Shown here: positions 35,803-45,516 of the stretch, piece by piece
How positions within the stretch are numbered: the first letter of the stretch is position 1
How the letters are laid out: each line of letters starts with the position of its first letter
From: a candidate division TM6 bacterium GW2011_GWF2_32_72
GTDB lineage: Bacteria; Babelota; Babeliae; Babelales; CAIQNR01
Direction: 5' to 3'
DNA length: 64,000 nt
NCBI GenBank assembly: GCA_945882015.1
Contig: CAMCVM010000001.1
Location: forward strand, 6,888-70,887
Notes under the pieces: model-generated
The model's database searches: none
The model's input: the letters and a program-made list of their open reading frames with translations, nothing else
Told to the model about the DNA's origin: nothing
Made by a program: the position numbers and the translations under genes

Positions 35803-38484
35803 TTGATCCCCGTAAAATTGCATATTAAAAATTTCTTAAGTTATGGTCCTATTGTCCAAACTATAGATTTTACAGCACATCGACTCATTTGTCTTTCAGG
35901 AAAAAATGGTCATGGAAAATCTGCACTACTTGATGCTATCACCTGGGCACTTTGGGGGCAAGCCCGTAAAGTAAGCACTAACTCAAAACCTGATCAAGGA
36001 CTTTTACGTATTTCTGAAGTTGAAATGAATGTAACATTTGACTTCTTTTTTGGAAACAATAAATACAGAATCAGAAGAGATTATTCAACAAAATATGGCA
36101 AACCACATGCTTACCTTGAATTTGGTCTTTTACAACAAGACGACTATTTCGTTTCTTTGACGGATAAAACTATTAAAAAAACACAAGAAAAGATAGAAAA
36201 TACACTGGGACTTGATTATGAAACATTTATTAATTCTTCATTTTTAAGACAAGGACAAGCAAACGAATTTTCTAAAAAATCAGCAAAGGAACGAAAAGAG
36301 CTTTTAAGCACCATTTTAGGATTGCATCATTATGATAAAGCAAAAACCTTTGTGCTTGAAAAAGTCAGATCACTTTCAACCAACAAAGAACATCTTGAGA
36401 AATTGCAACTTCATGCACAAGAAGAGTACAAAGGTCTGGAAGAAGTTCCTGCACAACTTGAGCAAACGTACCAAACACTTAAAGTTTTAGATACGCAAGC
36501 TGAACAACTGACTACTGATAGAATGAGTTGGCAATCAGAACAAAAAACCATTCAGACGGCTTTACAAAAACACGCGGCATTAGTTGCAAAATCTCAGCAA
36601 GAACAACAATTTTTTGTGCAACAAGAACAAGAATTTTATACGCTTGCAAAGGACTGGAAAACAACCCATAAACTCTTGCTTTCTCTTCCAGACAAAAAAG
36701 CACTCGAAGAAAAACAACAAACCTTAAACCAACAACTGACTGCCCAACAAGAACTTTTACAAAAAAATATTGAATATAAAGAACAATTACTTGCTTGCAA
36801 ACAAAAATTACATGAAGCAACCAATCAGTTTGAAAAAGATTTTCTGCAACAACAGCAAACACATACATTATCGCTTGAGCGTTTGCATACTCAGAAAGAA
36901 CTTCTTAATAAACAGATTCAACAACAAAAGCAACAACTTGAAAAGTCTTTAACTGGTTTAAAAATAACACAAAGTACTATTGCAATACATCGAAAAATGC
37001 TACCGGCAGAGCTGCTTATTTCTGATTTTCAAGAACAACAAACTCTTTTTAATCGACATAAAATGCTTTACCAGAAATGGATCGAGCAGGGAAATTGGGT
37101 TAATACCCAGATACAAGAGGTACAAAGTAAACAATCACTTTCGCAAGATCCTACAAACCCTAGTTGTCCTTTATGCGAACAAAACCTTTCTCAAGCAAGA
37201 AAACGTTTTTTACAAAAAAAATTCATCGTTCAGACAGATTTCTTACAACATCGATTCAATCGACTCAAAAAAAGCATTACGCTTATTAAATCTGCTTTAC
37301 AAGAGCATCATACACATTTACAAAAGCTTAAAGAAATTGAACAGTTAGAACTTGCAAGTAAAGAAATCGAAAAAGAGATAGAGCAAGCGCAGATGACTAT
37401 TTCAACTGCTGAGCAAGCACTTATAAAACTGAATGAGCAAGAAGCAATTACACACAAAACCGTTAAAACACTTCTTGATTCAACAGAAAAAGCGCGGCTT
37501 GAAGACACGCAACTCAAGCAACTGACCACAACCATCACCACACTTGAAACAACATTGATAGCTACAGAACATAACCAGCAAAAACACAAAGTACTCATTA
37601 CACAATTAAAAGATGTTCAAAGCCAATTGACTTTGTGCAATCAAACCAATGAGTATCAAGCAACTCAAAAAGAACGGTTACTAAGAATAACCAAAGTAAA
37701 ACAATCGTTAAAACAGTTAAAGTATACTGCAACACAACTTGAAGCGCATATCGAAGAACAAGAGCAATTACAACTTCAAGAAAAAACATTGCAACTTCAA
37801 GAAAAAACGTTAACTGAAAAATTTAAGCAATTATCCGAAGAAAAAGAACTGTTATTACAAAAAAAGGGAAACCTTGAAACACTTGCCCAAAAAAGAACTC
37901 TTCTAGAAACTTTAGATAAAACATACAAAGAACAATTGCAAGAGTGCGCAACACAGATTCATGATTTACAACAGGTAGCAACTGCCTTAGGCAAAGACGG
38001 TATTCAAGCATTATTAATCGAAGATGCTATCCCAGAAATCGAACAAGAAACCAACGATCTGCTTGCTCGACTTACTGACAATCAAGCTCACATTTCTATT
38101 GAATCGTTAAAAGATCTTAAAAAAGGTGGAACGCGCGAAACGCTCGATATTAATATTTCTGATTCTATGGGCATACGCCCCTATGAAATGTTTTCAGGCG
38201 GAGAAGCCTTTAGAATAGATTTTGCGCTACGAATTGCCATTTCTAAGCTGTTAGCAAGACGAGCCGGCACATCCCTTCAAACGCTCATTATTGATGAAGG
38301 GTTCGGGTCTCAAGATGATGAAGGATTATCAAAAATTATGGACGCTCTCTATGCGATTCAAAATGATTTTGAAAAGATCATTATTGTTTCACATTTACCA
38401 ACCATGAAAGAACAGTTTCCAGTTCATTTTTACATTCAAAAAGAAGCACAAGGGAGCACTGTTACAGTTATTGAGCACGAATAA
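35803..38484 (+). CDS. sbcC: SbcC/Rad50-like SMC ATPase
   Basis: Walker A GKNGHGKS, central CPLC zinc hook, FSGGE signature, Walker B IIDEGFGSQD, IVSH; TTG start after AAGGAG. Confidence 0.94.
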   Translation: MIPVKLHIKNFLSYGPIVQTIDFTAHRLICLSGKNGHGKSALLDAITWALWGQARKVSTNSKPDQGLLRISEVEMNVTFDFFFGNNKYRIRRDYSTKYGKPHAYLEFGLLQQDDYFVSLTDKTIKKTQEKIENTLGLDYETFINSSFLRQGQANEFSKKSAKERKELLSTILGLHHYDKAKTFVLEKVRSLSTNKEHLEKLQLHAQEEYKGLEEVPAQLEQTYQTLKVLDTQAEQLTTDRMSWQSEQKTIQTALQKHAALVAKSQQEQQFFVQQEQEFYTLAKDWKTTHKLLLSLPDKKALEEKQQTLNQQLTAQQELLQKNIEYKEQLLACKQKLHEATNQFEKDFLQQQQTHTLSLERLHTQKELLNKQIQQQKQQLEKSLTGLKITQSTIAIHRKMLPAELLISDFQEQQTLFNRHKMLYQKWIEQGNWVNTQIQEVQSKQSLSQDPTNPSCPLCEQNLSQARKRFLQKKFIVQTDFLQHRFNRLKKSITLIKSALQEHHTHLQKLKEIEQLELASKEIEKEIEQAQMTISTAEQALIKLNEQEAITHKTVKTLLDSTEKARLEDTQLKQLTTTITTLETTLIATEHNQQKHKVLITQLKDVQSQLTLCNQTNEYQATQKERLLRITKVKQSLKQLKYTATQLEAHIEEQEQLQLQEKTLQLQEKTLTEKFKQLSEEKELLLQKKGNLETLAQKRTLLETLDKTYKEQLQECATQIHDLQQVATALGKDGIQALLIEDAIPEIEQETNDLLARLTDNQAHISIESLKDLKKGGTRETLDINISDSMGIRPYEMFSGGEAFRIDFALRIAISKLLARRAGTSLQTLIIDEGFGSQDDEGLSKIMDALYAIQNDFEKIIIVSHLPTMKEQFPVHFYIQKEAQGSTVTVIEHE

Positions 38485-38492
38485 ATGAACAT

Positions 38493-38532
38493 AATAAAAA
38501 GAAGGACACCCAAAGGCATCCTTCTTTTTATT
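38493..38532. terminator. bidirectional terminator
   Basis: AATAAAAAGAAGGA...TCCTTCTTTTTATT between convergent genes. Confidence 0.75.
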
Positions 38533-38548
38533 TAAAAGCTCTACAATA

Positions 38549-40150
38549 TTAGTTAGATAATACAAGAGCCTTTGCTTTATCTAAAGCTTTTTGAGTCAAT
38601 TGATTATTATAAGCTGTAATTGCATCTTGATATGGGCTTAAAGCTTTTTTCAGTGCTTCTTTTGCCTTACTATAATTACTTTTAGCAGCTTTTTTTGCTT
38701 GAGTATTTTCAACTTCTGTCTGATATGATTCTAAAGAAATCATAAAATCTATTACAGCTTCTTTAATACCTCTTGGTAAAGTATTGAGAAATTCAACATC
38801 AGAAGCAACTTGTTTATTACATGCTTCTTGAGCCTGAGTATCTAATTGATTAAATTCCTCATAGTTCATTCCAGTAAAGAATAAGAAATAAAAAATGTTA
38901 TCACAGATATATTCTGTTGAAAAACCTCGTGATTCAATATTTAAGCCATTTGAAATTTTATTTTCTAAACGATTTAGAATACACATTGTTACAAATTCAA
39001 CAATTGCAAGGTTTTTTTCATGGTCTTTAATTACACTTCTTGCTCTTACTGCTTTAACGTTAGCAACTACAAACTTTGCTGCAATTCCAGTAACTAAAGC
39101 TACACGAGCCATTTCTTCTGATACAAAGTTAGCAGTTAAAGCACCACCAGCAGTTGCCAAAGTTCTTGTAGCAAAACCGTGACCTTTTGCTAATTTATTA
39201 GCAGCATATCCACCAACAAGACCAAATGCAGTTTTTCCTGGATTTGCTATTACTGCATCTTTAACTGTATTAAAAGCAGCATAAGCTGTTTCTGTTGGGT
39301 TAGCCATAACAGTTTGAGCTGCTTGCTTTACACCATCGACAGTTAAAGCTGTAACAGCATGAAAGCCATCTTGTAAACGGCCAACGCCTGCTTGCGCAGC
39401 TTGAGGAGCATTGAGAACTGCATCAGTAACATAACCTTGTGCAAATTCAGCTGCATGTTGTACTTGTTGACTTGCAACGCCTACACCTTCTTTAAGATCA
39501 GCTAATTCGTTTTTTGCTACTTGCACTACTGATTGAGCAGTTTCATTAACAGATTCTGCTAACACTTGTGCATTATTTTGCACAGTTGCACCAAGAGCTT
39601 GTGCTGTCCCAGCGTAATCAAAGTTTCTTACTGTATGCTGTGCATGTTGTGCGGCATCAAATACATATTGAGTTCCATGAGCAACTTTTTCTTGTAGCGT
39701 TTGAGCAGCTAACTCACCTTTTTCAAGGGCAACTTCAAAAGCTTGACCATAATTGTAATCTCTAACGGCATGCCCTGCATTTTTTAATGCATCAAACCCT
39801 GACCCAACAAAACGAGTAACTGAATCTGCCATTGTACCAACTGCTTGCCCAAATGGCGTTTGTACTACTTGCTCAGCAGGAGGAGTAGCTTGATTAACAA
39901 TTCTTACTATTATTGGGTTGCCTACTGGGTTGACCATAGAATCAACAACAGTTGTAGGATTAAGAGTAATAAATTCTCCACCAGTTACGCCTTTTCCTTC
40001 AGCATCAAAAAGCTTCGAAAGGCCGGATGAACCTTTTCCTAAAAGATTTTTAAAAATCGTCTGCGCACCTGTTGAAAGTATGTTTGACTTTGTTGTAGCA
40101 GTCACACCAAGTGACAACAATAGAACTATTGAAAACATTTGTTTCTTCAT
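38549..40150 (-). CDS. hypothetical exported Ala/Gln/Val-rich helical-repeat protein
   Basis: Signal peptide, amphipathic repeats, Gly/Ala hydrophobic hairpin, GGAGG RBS. Confidence 0.85.
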   Translation of the reverse strand: MKKQMFSIVLLLSLGVTATTKSNILSTGAQTIFKNLLGKGSSGLSKLFDAEGKGVTGGEFITLNPTTVVDSMVNPVGNPIIVRIVNQATPPAEQVVQTPFGQAVGTMADSVTRFVGSGFDALKNAGHAVRDYNYGQAFEVALEKGELAAQTLQEKVAHGTQYVFDAAQHAQHTVRNFDYAGTAQALGATVQNNAQVLAESVNETAQSVVQVAKNELADLKEGVGVASQQVQHAAEFAQGYVTDAVLNAPQAAQAGVGRLQDGFHAVTALTVDGVKQAAQTVMANPTETAYAAFNTVKDAVIANPGKTAFGLVGGYAANKLAKGHGFATRTLATAGGALTANFVSEEMARVALVTGIAAKFVVANVKAVRARSVIKDHEKNLAIVEFVTMCILNRLENKISNGLNIESRGFSTEYICDNIFYFLFFTGMNYEEFNQLDTQAQEACNKQVASDVEFLNTLPRGIKEAVIDFMISLESYQTEVENTQAKKAAKSNYSKAKEALKKALSPYQDAITAYNNQLTQKALDKAKALVLSN

Positions 40151-40417
40151 GAGAAAACCTCCATGATATAAAAAATCATTCCATTTAAAAAATCATAATG
40201 CCATGGGTAAAATCTTGATGTGTGCTTTATAGGTTAACCTATTGACCTACTTTGAGCAAAAGGCCCCTCTTTTAAGCTTGAATTGCTACTTTTTAGTTCT
40301 AAAGTTCACAATAATAAGCATTCTTAAAGACTTAAACGTTATGGTAATAACAGTACAAGATAAAGCTTTTTTAATTCTAACAGTAATTTTAATATTTGCA
40401 ACAGCCCCTAAAAAGCG

Positions 40418-40675
40418 TTACGCATTAACGACTTCTTTTAGGCTTGGAATGAGTTTTTTAAGCTCAGTAAAAATTCCCATATTCAGGGTATAAAGAGAAA
40501 GAGGGCACCCTTGACAGGCGCCCTTTAAATTCACAGTAACAATTTCATTTTCATAGGAAATAAATTCAATATCTCCGTTATGATCCTGAATTTGTGGTCT
40601 GATAACATCACGCAAACAATCTTTAATGAGAATAACACGTTGCTGATAATCATCAATTGTTAGGTTATGCATCAT
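40418..40675 (-). CDS. NifU-like (Nfu) Fe-S carrier domain protein
   Basis: IRPQIQDHNGDIE...LKGACQGCP. Confidence 0.9.
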   Translation of the reverse strand: MMHNLTIDDYQQRVILIKDCLRDVIRPQIQDHNGDIEFISYENEIVTVNLKGACQGCPLSLYTLNMGIFTELKKLIPSLKEVVNA

Positions 40676-40696
40676 ACGTAAAGTTACTACTCAATC

Positions 40697-41107
40697 TTAG
40701 TTTTTGTGCTCTACAACTGTTTCTGCTGGTTGTGTCGCTATAGTTTCATTTGCAACCCATTCAAGACGTGCAATATTAGCAGTATCGCTAATACGACGAC
40801 CTAAAGGAATCAATCGAGTATAGCCACCCGGTCTGTTAACATATGCAGGAGCAATATCTTTAAATAATTTTACTAAAGCTTCTTGCTTATAAGGAAGTAA
40901 CGATTGTGCACGGCGACGCGCATTAAACGTATTTCCATCTCGTGCTAGTGTTACTAATTTTTCAGCAAATCTTTGTACTTCTTTTGCTGTTGTTCTTGTT
41001 GTTGTCAAATGGCCATACATAATAAAATGAATTGTTTGATTACGCAACAATGCTTTTCTATGTGGACCTTTAAGATTCAACTTTTTCTTACCAATTTGAT
41101 GTTTCAT
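40697..41107 (-). CDS. rplQ: 50S ribosomal protein L17
   Basis: MKHQIGKKKL...HRKALLRN...RPGGYTR. Confidence 0.97.
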   Translation of the reverse strand: MKHQIGKKKLNLKGPHRKALLRNQTIHFIMYGHLTTTRTTAKEVQRFAEKLVTLARDGNTFNARRRAQSLLPYKQEALVKLFKDIAPAYVNRPGGYTRLIPLGRRISDTANIARLEWVANETIATQPAETVVEHKN

Positions 41108-41126
41108 AAATTATACCTACCCAAGC

Positions 41127-42191
41127 TTATTCATCTTTTGAGCTGGACATACCACGCTCTTGCATTGCTTGTTCTAAATCAGCCTCTTTAATATCCATTC
41201 CAAATGAAAGACCAAATGCTTTCATGCTATCTTTTACTTCATTTAATGATTTACGACCAAAGTTTTTAATCTTTAATCCATCATCTTCTGAAAGATTTAC
41301 TAAATCCAAAATACGTTTAATATTTGCATTCATTAAACAATTATGAGCACGAACAGAAAGTTCAAGTTCATCAATTGGTTTTAATAAAAGATCAACAGGA
41401 ATTCCTTTAAGCAATAAATCGTTTGCTTGTTTTGGTTGTTCAATTGTTTCAACTACTGGTTGTTTTGAAATTTCATTAAATGGAATTTCTGTACACAGCA
41501 AAAAGTATTCAAGCTGAGTACGTAAAACAGAAACTGCATAATTAAGTGCATCCAATGGATTTTCTGAGCCATCTGTATGAAGACTTAAAATTAATTTATC
41601 ATAATCAATTTCTTTTCCCACACGTGCTTTTTCCACATCAAACGTAACTTGTGTAATAGGAGAAAACATAGCGTCAAGATAAATTCTTGAATCTTCTTGT
41701 AAAACTTTTCCTTCTGGCCACTGAGCTGGACAATATCCACGTCCTAATTCAACAAAAAACTCAATATCTAATTGTCCACCTGCAGAAATATGAGCTAACA
41801 CATGTTGTCCATTAATTAACTCAAGATTACTATCAGCTTCTATATCAGAAACATACACAGTTTTTTCACCAGTTGCTTTCAAACGCATTGTACCTGGTTT
41901 GCCATCTTTGCTTTTAACTACAATTTGCTTAATATTTAAACATAATTGCATTGCATCTTCTACAACACCAGAAACAACTGCAAATTCATTATTAACGCCG
42001 TTAATAATTACTGAAGTAACCGCAGCACCTTCAACACCACCTAAAAGCACTCGCCGTAAAGCATTTCCTAAAGTGACACCAAACCCTGGCTCTAATGGTT
42101 GAGCAGTAATCTGCCCATAATTTTCAGTAATCGTTTGCTTATCCCAAGACAAGCGAGGAACGGTTAACGGTTGATATTCTCTTTTACTCAT
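41127..42191 (-). CDS. rpoA: RNA polymerase alpha subunit
   Basis: PLEPGFGVTLGNALRRVLL, ELELSVRAHNCL, NFGRKSL. Confidence 0.98.
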   Translation of the reverse strand: MSKREYQPLTVPRLSWDKQTITENYGQITAQPLEPGFGVTLGNALRRVLLGGVEGAAVTSVIINGVNNEFAVVSGVVEDAMQLCLNIKQIVVKSKDGKPGTMRLKATGEKTVYVSDIEADSNLELINGQHVLAHISAGGQLDIEFFVELGRGYCPAQWPEGKVLQEDSRIYLDAMFSPITQVTFDVEKARVGKEIDYDKLILSLHTDGSENPLDALNYAVSVLRTQLEYFLLCTEIPFNEISKQPVVETIEQPKQANDLLLKGIPVDLLLKPIDELELSVRAHNCLMNANIKRILDLVNLSEDDGLKIKNFGRKSLNEVKDSMKAFGLSFGMDIKEADLEQAMQERGMSSSKDE

Positions 42192-42236
42192 AATCGGCCC
42201 CCAAAGTTTTGTACACTTATCATACTTTATTCTCTA

Positions 42237-42839
42237 TTACTTAGAATACAACTCAACAATTAAGTGCTCTTCAATTGGCACTTGAATGTCGCTACGTACT
42301 GGAAAACGAAGTACTACACCTTTTCGCACTTGTTTATCCAATTCAAGCCATTCTGGAACTTTAATACCAATATTGAGTCGTTTATCAATGACAGATTCAA
42401 GAAATTTTTCTTTTTTTACAATTGCTTCATGCAATGTAATAACATCACCAACTGAAACTAAAAAAGAAGGTGTAGAAACTTTTTTGCCATTTACTAATAC
42501 ATGACCGTGAACAATAACTTGTCGTGCTTGAGTACGAGTAACTGATAATTTCAAACGATATAAAACGTTATCAAGACGTCGCTCTAAAAGACTCAATAAA
42601 TTTTGTCCTGGAGCACCTTGTTGACGATTAGCAATTTTGAAAAAACGTTTAAATTGTTTTTCTAAAACTCCGTACATCTCTTTTACTTTTTGCTTTTCTT
42701 GCAGCTGCTTTCCGTATTCAGAAAGCTTTTTTTGGTGTTTTGTAGGAGCTTTTTTTTCAGCATCTTGCCCTACTGCAGAATTTCGCTCACGAGAGTTCAT
42801 TCCTTTTGCACCGACCGGTCTTTTCTCTTTATTATTCAT
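42237..42839 (-). CDS. rpsD: 30S ribosomal protein S4
   Basis: SEYGKQLQEKQK, LERRLDNV, ARQVIVHGH, IVELYSK. Confidence 0.97.
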   Translation of the reverse strand: MNNKEKRPVGAKGMNSRERNSAVGQDAEKKAPTKHQKKLSEYGKQLQEKQKVKEMYGVLEKQFKRFFKIANRQQGAPGQNLLSLLERRLDNVLYRLKLSVTRTQARQVIVHGHVLVNGKKVSTPSFLVSVGDVITLHEAIVKKEKFLESVIDKRLNIGIKVPEWLELDKQVRKGVVLRFPVRSDIQVPIEEHLIVELYSK

Positions 42840-42879
42840 GCCTTGCCTGCTACCTTAACATTCTTTACTTAATAACAAT

Positions 42880-43266
42880 TTAAACTCTACGTTTCTTTGG
42901 AGCACGACATCCATTATGTGGTAATGGAGTTACATCTCGCAATGTTGCAATAGTAAGACCAGCAGCTTGAAAAGCTCGAACCACAGAATCTCTTCCTGAT
43001 CCAGGACCTTGTAAGTTTACTTCTAGTGTTCTAACGCCTAAAGGTACCATATCTTTTGCAAGCGTCATTCCAATTTGCGTTGCTGCAAACGGAGTGCCTT
43101 TACGTGCACCTTTAAATCCCATTTTACCTGCGCTTGAACGCAACAATACATCACCTTCAGGTGTTGTGATTGAAACAAGTGTATTATTGAAAGTCGATGA
43201 AACATGCGCAATAGCAGTCTCGACACGCAATTTTCTTTGTTTTTTTGATTTTAGCTTATATGCCAT
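42880..43266 (-). CDS. rpsK: 30S ribosomal protein S11
   Basis: STFNNT, RKGTPFAA, DVTPLPHNGCR. Confidence 0.98.
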   Translation of the reverse strand: MAYKLKSKKQRKLRVETAIAHVSSTFNNTLVSITTPEGDVLLRSSAGKMGFKGARKGTPFAATQIGMTLAKDMVPLGVRTLEVNLQGPGSGRDSVVRAFQAAGLTIATLRDVTPLPHNGCRAPKKRRV

Positions 43267-43277
43267 ACTCAATTACC

Positions 43278-43667
43278 TTACTTCTTGGTTACTTTACGTT
43301 TTAGTGGAATTACATTCCCTGATTTACGAGGGCCTTTTCGAGTACGCGCATTAGTCTTAGTACGTTGACCACGAACTGGAAGAGATCGTTTATGACGTAA
43401 CCCACGATAAGAACCAATTTCTTGCAATCGACGAATATTATTAGTGATTTCTTTGCGCAATTCACCTTCAACCTTGTAATCAGTTGTAATAATTTTTTGA
43501 ATTGCTGCAACTTGTTCATCACTCAAATCTTTTACACGAATATCAAAATTAACTTTTGCCATGGTTAAAATATCTTGCGAAGTTTTAAGTCCAATTCCAA
43601 AAACATAGGTTAATCCGTACTCAATCCGCTTACTGTATGGTAAATTAACACCTTCAATACGAGCCAT
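43278..43667 (-). CDS. rpsM: 30S ribosomal protein S13
   Basis: [32 protein letters not shown]. Confidence 0.98.
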   Translation of the reverse strand: MARIEGVNLPYSKRIEYGLTYVFGIGLKTSQDILTMAKVNFDIRVKDLSDEQVAAIQKIITTDYKVEGELRKEITNNIRRLQEIGSYRGLRHKRSLPVRGQRTKTNARTRKGPRKSGNVIPLKRKVTKK

Positions 43668-43683
43668 AAGTCAGTTACTCCTG

Positions 43684-43800
43684 TTACCCTTGACGTTGCT
43701 TGTGGCGTGGATTTTTTTGACAAAGTATCCGAACCACTCGACCTCTTCGCACAACGCGACAGTCTCTACATATTTTTTTTACTGATGTTCTTACTTTCAT
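43684..43800 (-). CDS. rpmJ: 50S ribosomal protein L36 (Zn-binding C+ type)
   Basis: Not in ORF track; [38 protein letters not shown]. Confidence 0.97.
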   Translation of the reverse strand: MKVRTSVKKICRDCRVVRRGRVVRILCQKNPRHKQRQG

Positions 43801-43811
43801 TCCGCTACACC

Positions 43812-44048
43812 TTATGCGCCATTTTTATAGCGTAAAACAATTCTTCCTCGATTCAGATCATAAGGAGAAAGCTCAAGAGCAACACGATCTCCTGGTAAAA
43901 TTCTAATGAAATTCATTCTCATTTTACCCGAAACATGCCCTAAAACCACATGTCCTCCTTCTATTTCAACACGAAACATTGCGTTGGGCAATGTCTCTTT
44001 AACGATACCATCAATTTTTATAATATCGTCTTTCTTACTTTCTTTCAT
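43812..44048 (-). CDS. infA: translation initiation factor IF-1
   Basis: [28 protein letters not shown]; start at MKESK after AAGGA. Confidence 0.97.
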   Translation of the reverse strand: MKESKKDDIIKIDGIVKETLPNAMFRVEIEGGHVVLGHVSGKMRMNFIRILPGDRVALELSPYDLNRGRIVLRYKNGA

Positions 44049-44071
44049 GTAGTCCTTTAATCCCATAAACC

Positions 44072-44824
44072 TTACAACCGAGTCAGAATTTGTGGCCCAT
44101 CTTGAGTAATTGCGATGGTATCTTCAACATGAGCTGCCAATTTCTTATCTTCAGTTCGAACGGTCCAACCGTCCTGCATTATACACACTTCATACCCACC
44201 TTGCGTGATCATCGGCTCAATTGCCAATGTCATCCCTGCTCGCAACACAGGTCCTTTTCCAGATTCGCCGTAGTTTAAAAGCTCCGGCTCTTCATGCATT
44301 TTTTTCCCAATTCCATGTCCAGCAAAATCTCTTACCACTCCAAAACCGTTTTTTTCAACTTCATGCTGAATTGCTGCAGAAATATCGCCTAAACGATTTC
44401 CAACTCGAGCTTGCGCTATGCCCACATCAAGAGCTCTTTGAGCAACTTCAACCAATTTTTGAGCTTCTGGACTATGAACGCCTCCAACAAAAAAACATCG
44501 TGCCATATCAGCACAGTAGCCTTTGTAAGAAGCACAAATATCAACTTTTACTAAATCACCATTTTTTAAAATTTTTTCTTTACACGGCACACCATGTACA
44601 ACTTCTTCATTAACAGAAATGCAGGTTGAATGCCTATACCCTAAATAGCCCTTAGTGCATGAAATCAGTTGAGCATTTTTTAAATGCTGTACAACCCATT
44701 GATCTAACTCAAGTGTTGTAACTCCCTCTTTTATTTGCTCCGGCAAAAGACTCACAATTTTTGCTAATTTTTGACCTGCAATAGCCATTTTTTGTAGTGC
44801 TAATTTATTTTTTATAATAATCAT
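44072..44824 (-). CDS. map: methionine aminopeptidase type I
   Basis: [31 protein letters not shown]. Confidence 0.97.
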   Translation of the reverse strand: MIIIKNKLALQKMAIAGQKLAKIVSLLPEQIKEGVTTLELDQWVVQHLKNAQLISCTKGYLGYRHSTCISVNEEVVHGVPCKEKILKNGDLVKVDICASYKGYCADMARCFFVGGVHSPEAQKLVEVAQRALDVGIAQARVGNRLGDISAAIQHEVEKNGFGVVRDFAGHGIGKKMHEEPELLNYGESGKGPVLRAGMTLAIEPMITQGGYEVCIMQDGWTVRTEDKKLAAHVEDTIAITQDGPQILTRL

Positions 44825-44826
44825 AG

Positions 44827-45516
44827 TTAAATACCTGCAATCATTTCAAGCTCACCCTGAACCGCTTGTAGTGGCGCTTGAGCATTAATACGATGTATTA
44901 TAAAATTATTTTTTTTATAAAAATCTAACAATGGCTGCGCATGCTGATGATAAATTTGCAAACGTGCTGCGACAGTTTCTGACTTATCATCTTCTCTTTG
45001 CATCAAAACTGAACCACATTTATCACAAATTCCATTTTTTTGTGATTTTTGTGTTGATTGTTCTAATAACGAATAAATAGCTTGACACTGTTTATTAGAG
45101 CAAGTTTTTCGAGCACTTAATCGTTCAATTATCAAAGAATCAGGAATTTCAAACTGAATCACATTTACTACTAACTCAGAAAATCTTTTTTGTATAAGCT
45201 CTAAAAATAAACGTGCCTGCACTAATGTTCGAGGAAAGCCATCAAAGATAATCCCCGGTGCCATCTTAATATGCTCATCAACCCATTGACTAACCATATC
45301 AATAATGACCACATCATCTACTAGTTTACCAGATTTTATAGCAAAATCTATTTGCTTTCCCAGATCAGTCCCCTGGGCAATATGTTTTCGACATAAATCA
45401 CCTGTTGAAAGCTGTACCCAACCAAATTTACTTACGAAAATTTGGGAAAAAGTACCCTTTCCAGCTCCAGGAGCACCTAAAAAAATAAATGCTTTTTGGG
45501 TCGAAATCTTGCTCAC
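44827..45516 (-). CDS. adk: adenylate kinase (Zn-LID type)
   Basis: GAPGAGKGT, STGDL, DGFPRT, CSNKQC...CDKC, QREDD. Confidence 0.97.
   Translation of the reverse strand: MSKISTQKAFIFLGAPGAGKGTFSQIFVSKFGWVQLSTGDLCRKHIAQGTDLGKQIDFAIKSGKLVDDVVIIDMVSQWVDEHIKMAPGIIFDGFPRTLVQARLFLELIQKRFSELVVNVIQFEIPDSLIIERLSARKTCSNKQCQAIYSLLEQSTQKSQKNGICDKCGSVLMQREDDKSETVAARLQIYHQHAQPLLDFYKKNNFIIHRINAQAPLQAVQGELEMIAGI

Noticed and set aside
35803-38484. SMC-like ATPase as a defence system (Wadjet/Lamassu)
   Set aside because: Zinc hook and motifs are those of SbcC/Rad50; no partner defence genes adjacent
40242-40493. 83-aa plus-strand ORF
   Set aside because: TTG start without RBS, overlaps the Nfu gene antisense, covers the promoter region of the 38549 gene
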